Assembly: GCA_964522655.1 (NCBI GenBank)
Contig: CAZFWB010000001.1
Span: 1 to 55,503, forward strand
Origin: an uncultured Chromatiaceae bacterium
Lineage (GTDB): Bacteria; Pseudomonadota; Gammaproteobacteria; Steroidobacterales; GCA-2729495
Direction of reading: 5' to 3'
DNA length: 55,503 bases
In this document: positions 47,550 to 55,503 of the stretch, one piece after another
Layout of the letters: each line of letters opens with the position of its first letter
Position numbering within the stretch: the first letter of the stretch is position 1
The notes under the pieces: generated by a model
The model's database searches: none
The model's input: only the letters and a program-made list of their open reading frames with translations
Told to the model about the DNA's origin: nothing
Made by a program: the position numbers and the translations under genes

Positions 47550-48155
47550 TCAGCGACCCTTGACCGCGGTGCCGAGGTTCTGCAGGTAATCGATCAACGC
47601 GTCCATCTCGGTCATGCCGGCCACCGCGGCCTCGGCGCCGGCGATGTCCTCGTCGGTATATGGCACGCCGAGTGCGCGCAGGCGCTGCATCTTCACCGGC
47701 GTGAGGGCACCGTCGATCTCGCGCTCGGCGAGCCAGGGGAAGCCGGGCATGTTCGATTCGGGCACCAGGTCGCGCGGGTTGATCAGGTGCAGGCGCTGCC
47801 ACTCGTCGGAGTAACGCCCTCCGACGCGCGCCAGGTCCGGACCGGTGCGTTTGGAGCCGAACTGGAACGGGCGGTCGTACACGGCCTCACCGGCGAGCGA
47901 GTAGTGGCCGTAGCGCTCCGTTTCGGCCCTGAAGGGGCGGATCATCTGCGAATGGCATACGTAACAGCCCTCACGGACGTACACGTCGCGCCCCTCCAGC
48001 TGCAGGGCCGTATACGGCACGACGCCGGGAGCGGGCTCGACCGCCTCCACCGACATCATCAGGGGCACGATCTCGGCGAGGCCGCCGATGCTGATTGCAA
48101 TGGCGGTGAGCACGCCCATCAGGCCGATGGATTTTTCGATCTGCTCGTGGCGCAT
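47550..48155 (-). CDS. ccoO: cbb3 cytochrome c oxidase subunit II
   Basis: [33 protein letters not shown] and SNMP. Confidence 0.97.
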   Translation of the reverse strand: MRHEQIEKSIGLMGVLTAIAISIGGLAEIVPLMMSVEAVEPAPGVVPYTALQLEGRDVYVREGCYVCHSQMIRPFRAETERYGHYSLAGEAVYDRPFQFGSKRTGPDLARVGGRYSDEWQRLHLINPRDLVPESNMPGFPWLAEREIDGALTPVKMQRLRALGVPYTDEDIAGAEAAVAGMTEMDALIDYLQNLGTAVKGR

Positions 48156-48165
48156 CGGCGACTCC

Positions 48166-49584
48166 TCAGGCGGGCTCGAGGACAGGCCGCAGCGCGCGCC
48201 GGTCACCCGTCGCGACGGTCTTCCAGACGTTCCACGCCATGATCAATGCCCCGGCGAGGAACAGGATGCCGCCCACGAGCCGCACGGCGTAGTACGGGTA
48301 GGTGGCCTTCAGGCTCTCGATGAAGCTGTAGGTGAGCGTGCCGTCCTCGTTGGTGGCACGCCACATGAGGCCCTGCATGACGCCACCGATCCACATCGAG
48401 GTGACGTACAGGACGATGCCGATGGTAGAGACCCAGAAATGGAGCTCCACCAGTTTCAGGCTGTACATCTCCTCGCGTCCGCACACGCGCGGCAGCAGCG
48501 CATAGACGCAGCCAAAGGAAATCAGGGCGACCCAGCCGAGCGCGCCCGAATGCACGTGGCCGATGGTCCAGTCGGTGTAGTGCGAGAGGGCATTCACGGT
48601 CTTGATCGACATCATGGGGCCCTCGAAGGTGGACATGCCGTAGAACGAGAGCGACACGATCATGAACTTGAGTACGGGGTCGGTGCGCAGTTTGTCCCAC
48701 GCCCCCGACAGGGTCATGATCCCGTTGATCATTCCGCCCCAGGACGGCGCGAGCAGGATCAGCGAGAACACCATGCCGAGCGACTGCGCCCAGTCGGGCA
48801 CCGAGGTGTAGTGCAGGTGATGCGGGCCGGCCCACATGTAGGTGGCGATCAGCGCCCAGAAATGCACCACCGAGAGGCGATAGGAGTAGACCGGCCGCTG
48901 CGCGCGCTTAGGGATGAAGTAGTACATCATCCCGAGGAAACCGGCGGTCAGGAAGAAGCCGACGGCGTTGTGCCCGTACCACCACTGCACCATTGCGTCC
49001 ACGATGCCGGCGTAAATGGGGTAGGAGAGACCGAGGTTGACGGGTATGGCGAGCGAGTTGACCACGTGCAGCACGGCGATCGTGATGATGTAGGCCGCGT
49101 AGAACCAGTTCGCTACATAGATGTGGTTGACCCGCCGCCGGGCCAACGTGCCGAAGAACACCACCCCGTAGGCGATCCATACCACGGCGATCAGCACGTC
49201 GATCGGCCAGACGAGCTCGGCGTACTCCTTGCTCTGGGTGAGCCCCAGCGGCAGCGTCACGGCGGCGAGCACGATGACCACCTGCCAGCCCCAGAACGTG
49301 AGGGCGGCGAGCGCGTCGCTGAACAGCCGCACGTGCGACGTCCGCTGCACGACGTAATACGATGAGGCGAAGAGTGCGGAGCCGCCGAAGGCGAAGATGA
49401 CCGCGTTGGTATGCAGCGGGCGCAGGCGGCTGTAGGTCAGCCAGGGTATGTCGAAATTCAGCGCCGGCCACAGCAGCTGGGCGGCGATCAGCACCCCGAC
49501 CGCCATGCCGACGACGCCCCAGACGACGGTCGCGATGGTGAATTGCCTGACCACGACGTCGTTGTACGTCTGTGACCGATCCAT
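48166..49584 (-). CDS. ccoN: cbb3 cytochrome c oxidase subunit I
   Basis: [30 protein letters not shown] and [13 protein letters not shown]. Confidence 0.98.
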   Translation of the reverse strand: MDRSQTYNDVVVRQFTIATVVWGVVGMAVGVLIAAQLLWPALNFDIPWLTYSRLRPLHTNAVIFAFGGSALFASSYYVVQRTSHVRLFSDALAALTFWGWQVVIVLAAVTLPLGLTQSKEYAELVWPIDVLIAVVWIAYGVVFFGTLARRRVNHIYVANWFYAAYIITIAVLHVVNSLAIPVNLGLSYPIYAGIVDAMVQWWYGHNAVGFFLTAGFLGMMYYFIPKRAQRPVYSYRLSVVHFWALIATYMWAGPHHLHYTSVPDWAQSLGMVFSLILLAPSWGGMINGIMTLSGAWDKLRTDPVLKFMIVSLSFYGMSTFEGPMMSIKTVNALSHYTDWTIGHVHSGALGWVALISFGCVYALLPRVCGREEMYSLKLVELHFWVSTIGIVLYVTSMWIGGVMQGLMWRATNEDGTLTYSFIESLKATYPYYAVRLVGGILFLAGALIMAWNVWKTVATGDRRALRPVLEPA

Positions 49585-49807
49585 GGAGAACTCCCAGTTT
49601 TCTTCAGGTGACCGCGTGCGGTGTGGGCCCGGCCGGAGAAGTGCAATTGCCGCCGCGCCGGGGTTTTCAGCCGGGCGCGTAGTATAAGTCCGCCGTGCTC
49701 ACCCGGGCATGCGTCGGCGCCGTTGACCGCTCAGGTCCGGTTTCCGTGGCCGTGTCGCGAGCCGTCCGTCCACGGCAGAGCGCCGCCGGAATTCCGTCCA
49801 TTCCGCC

Positions 49808-49821
49808 TTGATGCAGGTCAG
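49808..49821. promoter_or_regulatory. FNR/Anr-like box upstream of ccoN
   Basis: TTGAT-GCAG-GTCAG; cco operons are classic FNR/Anr/FixK targets; a minus-strand TATACT lies at 49681-49686. Confidence 0.6.
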
Positions 49822-49935
49822 TTTATGACCTGTCGGGCCGGTCGGGCCGCTGTGGTATCTACGGACTTGACGGTGGGCCGCGGCGTGCGCTGTTGCCCCG
49901 GTACGCGCGATGAAAAAGGGGGCGCCCTTTCGCGC

Positions 49936-52155
49936 TCAGTAATTTACCTTGAACGTCAGCATGTATTCCGCAGGCGGCAGCACCGTGCGGATGTTGGTGA
50001 AGTTCTGGGCGAAGATGCCGGAAACGTTGTCCTCTTCGTCCGTGATGTTGCGCCCCGTCAGCACGAGCTGCCAGCTCCTGTCGGGATCGCCGATGCCGAG
50101 GAAGCCGTTGACCCGCGAGTAGCTGTCGATTTTTATGAGATTGCGCGCCTCGGAGTAATAGTCGTCCGAGTAGAAGAAGTCCGCGCCGTAGAAGAACTCC
50201 ACCATGTCCGATACGCCGATCGTGTAGTCGAAGCCCACCTTGCCCTGCAATGCCGGGTTGGACGGCAACTCGTCGGTGGGCGCGGCGTTACCGTTCAGGC
50301 CGCCGGGCGGCGAGGCGGGGTCGACGTCCCCGAAGTTGCTGGCCTGCCAGCCGGCGTTCGCATAGACGTTCAGGCTGTCGCTCGGCGACCACTGCAGTTC
50401 CACCTCGACGCCATAAACGTCCACCTCGCCGATGTTGTTGATCGGGAAGCTGGTGCCGGTCCCGCCGGAGGGGATCACGATCTGCTGGATATCGTCGTAC
50501 ATCGCGTAGAACGTGTCCGCGTTGAAGCGCAGCGTGTTGCCGAAGAGATCCGCCTTGTAGCCGAGTTCGAAGCTGTCCACGGTCTGGGGATCGAAGGTGC
50601 TGCCCCCGCATACCGAACTCAGGTTCCCGAAGCACAGAGTGCGGAACCCACCCGACTGGTAACCCTGGGCGAAACTGAGATAGACCAGTTGCGTGTCGTC
50701 CAGCCGGTAATCCACGCCGGCACGGAAGGTGGTCTCGTCCCAGTCGTCGTCGAGCGATGCGGCCGCGGTGCCGGGCGTCGGGATCACGAAATCGCTGTCG
50801 TCAAAACAGAACGGCCCGACGCAGGTGTCCGAATAGTCCTTCTCATCCTTCGTCCAGCGTATGCCGGCCGTCAATGACAGCCGGTCGGTGACCCGATAGG
50901 TGCCGTCGGCGAAAACCGCGTAACTGTCGGTTTCGTTGTCGATCGATTCGGCGAACGCGGGTCCGAAGAGATTCCCGGCGAAGTCCTGCGAGCCATCCTC
51001 GTTGAGGTAGAAAAGCCCGAAGAGATAGTCCAGTCGCTGATCGAACGCGGTGCCGAGCAGCTGAAACTCCTGGCTCCACTGGTCGAGGTCGCTGTCGGAG
51101 CTGATCAGCAATCCTCCCAGGCCCGGCACGCCGTTCAGTCCACCGCCGGCGAGATCGAAGCCGAATTCGTCATCAATGTTCAGGTAACCGGTAATCGAAC
51201 GCAGCGTGGTGCTGCCGAGGTCGAAGGTCAGCGCGAGGTTCACGCCCGCCTGGTCGGATTCGCCGTAGTTGACGCCGGGCTGCGAGAAATTGTCGTAGAA
51301 CTTGCCAAGGGGCGCACTGTCGGGCGGCGCTGGCAGGAAATTCTCGCCCGGCAGGAGCGGACCGTCGGGATCAGGGTTGGCGAACGGCACCTGCGGCACG
51401 CCGTTGTAGCCGTCGTTCTCGAGATCCGCGCCCCACACCGTCAGCACCGCGTCGAAGTTCTCGCTGCCGTACCAGTGCAGCTTGCTGCGCACGACGAGGT
51501 TCTCGTAATCGCCCGGCTCACCACCGGTGGTGGGATTGTCCTGCCAGCCGCGGTCGCGGTTGTCGTAGACGACGGCGACGGAACCGGCCAGCGCGTCTTC
51601 CTCGATGGGGCCACCCACTGAGCCGGTGAGCTTGAAGGTTTCGTAGTTGCCGATGCCGGCCGATGCGTTGATCCATGAGTCGTTGCCCGGCGTGCGGCTC
51701 ACGACCTTGATCGCCCCGGCAATGGTGTTTCTGCCGTAGAGCGTGCCCTGCGGGCCGCGCAGCACTTCGATGCGCTCGATGTCGGAGAGATCGAGGTTGG
51801 CGCTCGCCAGTCGTCCGTAATAGACGTCGTCCTGGTAGATGCCGACGGGGGATTCGGAGAGGTTGAAGCCCGGGTTCTGCACGCTGGCGCCGCGGCTGTG
51901 GAGCTGGATCGCCTGCGCACCGGCGGTTACCGTGTAGGTCTGCAGGTTCGGCACGTTCTGGCCGATGTCCTTCACTACGTCGATCTGGCGGGCCTCGATC
52001 GCGGCGACATTGAACGCGCTCACCGCCAGCGGCACGTCCTGCAGCTTCTCCTCGCGCCGCTGGGCGGTCACTATGATTTCATCCACCGCGAACGCCGGGC
52101 CCGCACCCGCCACGATCGCGGCCACCAGAAACACCACCTGACCCCGAGTCTTCAT
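49936..52155 (-). CDS. TonB-dependent receptor
   Basis: Signal peptide, DEIIVTAQRREE TonB box, IERIEVLRGPQGTLYGRN plug motif, N(I)TD, aromatic C-terminus. Confidence 0.95.
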   Translation of the reverse strand: MKTRGQVVFLVAAIVAGAGPAFAVDEIIVTAQRREEKLQDVPLAVSAFNVAAIEARQIDVVKDIGQNVPNLQTYTVTAGAQAIQLHSRGASVQNPGFNLSESPVGIYQDDVYYGRLASANLDLSDIERIEVLRGPQGTLYGRNTIAGAIKVVSRTPGNDSWINASAGIGNYETFKLTGSVGGPIEEDALAGSVAVVYDNRDRGWQDNPTTGGEPGDYENLVVRSKLHWYGSENFDAVLTVWGADLENDGYNGVPQVPFANPDPDGPLLPGENFLPAPPDSAPLGKFYDNFSQPGVNYGESDQAGVNLALTFDLGSTTLRSITGYLNIDDEFGFDLAGGGLNGVPGLGGLLISSDSDLDQWSQEFQLLGTAFDQRLDYLFGLFYLNEDGSQDFAGNLFGPAFAESIDNETDSYAVFADGTYRVTDRLSLTAGIRWTKDEKDYSDTCVGPFCFDDSDFVIPTPGTAAASLDDDWDETTFRAGVDYRLDDTQLVYLSFAQGYQSGGFRTLCFGNLSSVCGGSTFDPQTVDSFELGYKADLFGNTLRFNADTFYAMYDDIQQIVIPSGGTGTSFPINNIGEVDVYGVEVELQWSPSDSLNVYANAGWQASNFGDVDPASPPGGLNGNAAPTDELPSNPALQGKVGFDYTIGVSDMVEFFYGADFFYSDDYYSEARNLIKIDSYSRVNGFLGIGDPDRSWQLVLTGRNITDEEDNVSGIFAQNFTNIRTVLPPAEYMLTFKVNY

Positions 52156-52354
52156 GCGCCGACCCCCTGTGCTGAAAGATCGTTCGTGGCGCGGGCCCCG
52201 TGCCCGCCCGGCAGGGCCAAAAAACCACAACCCCTAGTGGCCTACCGGCCCGGGATGGTAGCAAAAGGCATTGGAATAATCAGCGGCGGCGAGGCATTAC
52301 TGCCTCGCCGGCAACAGCCGACGTCAATCTGTTGCGCCGAAACGTCGCAACCGT

Positions 52355-52963
52355 TCAGTCGGCCAGTGCCACCGTGATGGTGCCGTCCGGCCCGATGTCG
52401 GAGACCGTGATCTCCACGCCCATGCTGCGCGCATAGCCGAGCAGCCGTGGGCGCGTCCACTGCTCGTGGATCTCCTGCTCGGTCAGATTGAACTGACCGA
52501 TCTTGCGGCACTGCTTCAGCACATAGCCGAACGGCTCTTTCCAGCTGCGCGTCCGGCCCTCGCCAGTGGAGGTCAGCGCCAGGCCGTAGTGGCAGGCAGT
52601 TCGATCGAACAGGCCAACCAGCGCGATCTCCTTGTTGCCGGTCTTTTCGATGATCTGCTTCATGCGCAGGTTGATCGGCATCATGGTCTTGATGTCGTGC
52701 TCGACGTATTGCGCGATTCCGCCGTGATCCTTCGCGTACTGGATGGCGAGCAGGTGCGCCTTGACCAGCGGGTCGTTCATCTCGTGGGCGTAGCCCGCGT
52801 GGTTGTTGAGCATCTTCAGCAGTATCGATACCGAGCGTCCGAGCTCCTCCTCGTGGCCCTCGAAGCCGCTCAGCGTCTTGTACTTGTCGGCTTCTGTTTT
52901 CGGGGCCTTCGCCTCGTGTGGCGGAACACTTGCGATGGTCGTCTTTGCCTGAACCTGTGCCAT
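52355..52963 (-). CDS. Hypothetical protein, paralog A
   Basis: GAGG RBS; GC-rich third codon positions; full-length similarity to 53113-53697. Confidence 0.8.
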   Translation of the reverse strand: MAQVQAKTTIASVPPHEAKAPKTEADKYKTLSGFEGHEEELGRSVSILLKMLNNHAGYAHEMNDPLVKAHLLAIQYAKDHGGIAQYVEHDIKTMMPINLRMKQIIEKTGNKEIALVGLFDRTACHYGLALTSTGEGRTRSWKEPFGYVLKQCRKIGQFNLTEQEIHEQWTRPRLLGYARSMGVEITVSDIGPDGTITVALAD

Positions 52964-53112
52964 GAGCGCACCTCACCCGTCTGGATCAATGCCAATCTGT
53001 ATAAAATACGGCGACCGCCTATGCAAATACCTCAGCCGGGCGTACCCGCGCAGCGGATGACGGCCGCCGCAGTCTATTGCTATGCAACAGGCGGCGGCGC
53101 GCGTGGAGCGCT

Positions 53113-53697
53113 TCAGCGGGCGAGTTCGCAGGACAGCCATCCGTCGTCCGACCAGGGCGAGACGCGGATTGCGATGCCGATGTCCTGCGCGTAGCCGAGC
53201 AGCCGGGGCGTGGTCCACTGCTCGTGGATTTCCTGCTCAGTCAGGTCGAACTGCCCGATGCGCCTGCCCATGGCGAGAACGGTGTGAAACGGCGAACGCC
53301 AGGTGCGCCGTCCCGGCTCCGCTTTCCACTCGAGCACCATCTGGTACCAGCAATCGGTGCGTTCGAAAAGCGCGATCATGCCGTATTCCGGGTTGCCGGT
53401 GCTCGCGACGAGCTGGGCGACCCGCTTGTTGACCGGCTGCAGCGTCCTGACGTCGTGCGCCACCAGGTCCGGCAGGAGGCCGCGGTTCTTGGCGAACTGG
53501 ATTGCCACCAGGTGCGCTTTCAGCACCGCGTCGTTCAGGTGGTGCTGGTAGGGCACGTCTGCAATCACGGTTTTGAGCAGCTGCAAGAGGCCGCGGCCGA
53601 GCACCTCTTCGCGACCCTCGAAACCGGACCACAGCGCGAACTGTTCCGGCGTGGGCGGTTGCCAGGCAGTGCTGGCGGATTTCGCGGTTTCGGCCAT
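53113..53697 (-). CDS. Hypothetical protein, paralog B
   Basis: AGGAGG RBS before ATG 53697; shares IGQFxLTEQEIHEQWTxPRLLGYA with paralog A. Confidence 0.8.
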   Translation of the reverse strand: MAETAKSASTAWQPPTPEQFALWSGFEGREEVLGRGLLQLLKTVIADVPYQHHLNDAVLKAHLVAIQFAKNRGLLPDLVAHDVRTLQPVNKRVAQLVASTGNPEYGMIALFERTDCWYQMVLEWKAEPGRRTWRSPFHTVLAMGRRIGQFDLTEQEIHEQWTTPRLLGYAQDIGIAIRVSPWSDDGWLSCELAR

Positions 53698-53977
53698 GTC
53701 GGTTCCTCCTTGCGGGCGCCAGACGCGGTCGATTCTGCGGTCGATGACGGTTCGATGCATCCGTGCAGTCGGTCATTGCCCGCAGGGCGAACCCGCAGTG
53801 TCGCCAGTTGCAGATCGCGACGGACCGTGGAAGTATTGCCGGATACCAAGAACCGAACTGCCTGCCCGGTTGTTACGTTTCTCGTCCTGACTGACCCTGG
53901 GGCCGCACACGCGTTTGCCTGCGGGCGGGGGATGTGGCAAGCGCGGACGGTGGAGAGCGTTGGTGGAGATCGAGACG

Positions 53978-54643
53978 ATGGCGAGGAAATCCGCTGCCCG
54001 TAAGCCCTCCGGCACGAAAACGGCAAAGCAGAACTACACCGGTGTCTGGGACAACCGCATGGGCTTCGGCAAGAGGCCCGCGGTCGTCGTCATCGATCTG
54101 CTGCAGGGCTATACGTTGCCCGGGGCGCCGCTGTATGCACCCGGCGTGGTGAAGTGTGTGAAGGAAGTGCCGGAACTGCTGAAAGTCGCCCGCAGGAAGA
54201 AGGTCCCCGTCATCCACACCCGGGTGCTCTACAACCCGGCCACGTTTGAAGACGGGGGCGTCTGGATCAAGAAGGCGCCGGTGCTCAAGGCGCTGGTTCC
54301 CGGCAACAAGTACGCGGAGTTCTGCCCGCAGGTGAAGCCCGCGAAGGGCGAGACGGTGATCGTGAAGAACTATGCCAGCTGCTTCTTCGGCACTTCGCTC
54401 GCCGCGACCTTGACCGCCCAGGGGATCGACACGCTGATCATCACCGGCTGCACGACCTCCGGCTGCATCCGGGCCTCCGCGGTCGACGCCGTGCAGCACG
54501 GTTTCCGGCCGATCGTCGTGCGCGAGTGCGTTGGCGACCGCCACGACGCGCCGCACGAGGCAAATCTCTTCGACATCAACGCGAAGTACGGTGACGTGGT
54601 GAGCAAGTCCGAGGCGATCAGGTATCTGAACTCGCTGCGCTGA
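53978..54643 (+). CDS. Isochorismatase-family cysteine hydrolase (maleamate/N-carbamoylsarcosine amidohydrolase-like)
   Basis: GFGKRPAVVVID, K..ASCFFGT.L, GCTTSGCIRASAVDA and HEANLFDI.AKYGDV; D/K/C triad. Confidence 0.9.
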   Translation: MARKSAARKPSGTKTAKQNYTGVWDNRMGFGKRPAVVVIDLLQGYTLPGAPLYAPGVVKCVKEVPELLKVARRKKVPVIHTRVLYNPATFEDGGVWIKKAPVLKALVPGNKYAEFCPQVKPAKGETVIVKNYASCFFGTSLAATLTAQGIDTLIITGCTTSGCIRASAVDAVQHGFRPIVVRECVGDRHDAPHEANLFDINAKYGDVVSKSEAIRYLNSLR

Positions 54644-54700
54644 CCCGCAGAGCGCAACCGTCACCATTCCTGAGCGCAGCAGAAACCTGGGGATCACGAC

Positions 54701-55503
54701 ATGGCGAAGAAAAAAACCCGCAAGAAGGCATCAGCACCGGCAAAGCGCCGCAGCGACCTGACCCAGAGCCCGCATTACGACTATGTGCCGATCATCGACC
54801 GGCCGAAGTTCCGTCTGCCAAAGGGCGCGCGTGTCGCGGTGATTCCCTACATCAACATCGAGCACTTCCCGCACGACATACCGGGCACCGCCATCATTCC
54901 CGGCACCCAGCGCTTCAACCCGGATCCGCTGAATTATGGCTGGCGCGATTACGGCAACCGCGTCGGGCTGTGGCGCATGATCGAGCTGATGGACAAGCTT
55001 GGCATGCGCGGCACGGTTTGTCTCAATTCCGAGATCATCCGCGAATACCCGCGAATCATCGACGAGACGCTGAAGCGCAGGTGGGCGTTCATCGGCCACG
55101 GCATCAACAACGCGCCGGCGAATTTTCTCTCGGCCATCGACGAGAAGAAGGAGCGGGAAATCGTCGGAGGGGTGCTGCGGGCGATGGAAAAGGCGCTGGG
55201 GCGAAAGACCAAGGGCTGGCTGTCGCCGTTCCTCACCCATACCAACAACACGCCGAGCATCCTGGCGGATTTCGGGGTCGAGTATCTGTGCGATTACACG
55301 GCCGACGATCACCCGTTCCCGTTCAACGTGAAGAAGGGCAGCCTCATCTCGGTGCCCTATACGGTGGAACTGAACGACATCCCGGCATTCCAGAACGTCG
55401 GCATCAGTTCGGAGGCGTTCGGTGACGCGATCGTCGACCAGTTCGACGTGCTCTACGACGAAGGCGCGGACAACGCGCGCTGCATGCCGATCTGCCTGCA
55501 TAC
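54701..55503 (+). CDS. Polysaccharide deacetylase family protein (PuuE allantoinase-like), 3'-truncated
   Basis: My own translation from ATG 54701: YDYVPIIDRP, INIEHF, NYGWRDYGNRVG, GHG, KGWLSP, DDHP, PY..ELND; open to the window end, so absent from the ORF track. Confidence 0.88.
   Translation, partial: MAKKKTRKKASAPAKRRSDLTQSPHYDYVPIIDRPKFRLPKGARVAVIPYINIEHFPHDIPGTAIIPGTQRFNPDPLNYGWRDYGNRVGLWRMIELMDKLGMRGTVCLNSEIIREYPRIIDETLKRRWAFIGHGINNAPANFLSAIDEKKEREIVGGVLRAMEKALGRKTKGWLSPFLTHTNNTPSILADFGVEYLCDYTADDHPFPFNVKKGSLISVPYTVELNDIPAFQNVGISSEAFGDAIVDQFDVLYDEGADNARCMPICLH

Noticed and set aside
41552-49584. cco operon as a novel system
   Set aside because: Canonical ccoNOQP-GHIS content and order
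49912-49936. Terminator after the TonB receptor
   Set aside because: A U-tract is present on the minus strand, but the stem is short or mismatched; not confident enough to list
52996-53011. LexA/SOS box
   Set aside because: CTGTATAAAATACGGC lacks the CAG half-site at the CTG-N10-CAG spacing

Overview
A gene-dense, GC-rich bacterial chromosomal window. The cbb3 operon layout, erpA/iscA/grxD, ycbB/ycbK, a GlyGly-CTERM-like tail and the TonB receptor type suggest a Gammaproteobacterium; this is inference, not a database result. About 50 CDSs can be supported. No rRNA, tRNA, CRISPR array or transposase was seen. Housekeeping blocks: SUI1/yciH, GST, ldtD(ycbB)/mepK(ycbK), Fe-S carriers (Grx4-rhodanese fusion, iscA, erpA), a fused indolepyruvate:ferredoxin oxidoreductase and a full ccoNOQP-orf-ccoGHIS operon. 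The most interesting unexplained structure: (1) two paralogous unknown ~200-aa proteins between a TonB receptor and amidohydrolases; (2) an exported lipoprotein with a full but altered ferrochelatase motif set; (3) a tandem-duplicated Rieske oxygenase + exported beta-propeller module behind an FNR-type promoter, with no reductase nearby; (4) a Cys-rich MarR regulator among Fe-S carrier genes, with overlapping sigma70/sigma32-like promoters and a perfect operator; (5) a flavocytochrome with reversed domain order facing an orphan molybdoenzyme subunit. All protein calls come from motif recognition by eye; start codons were refined from RBS and overlap evidence.
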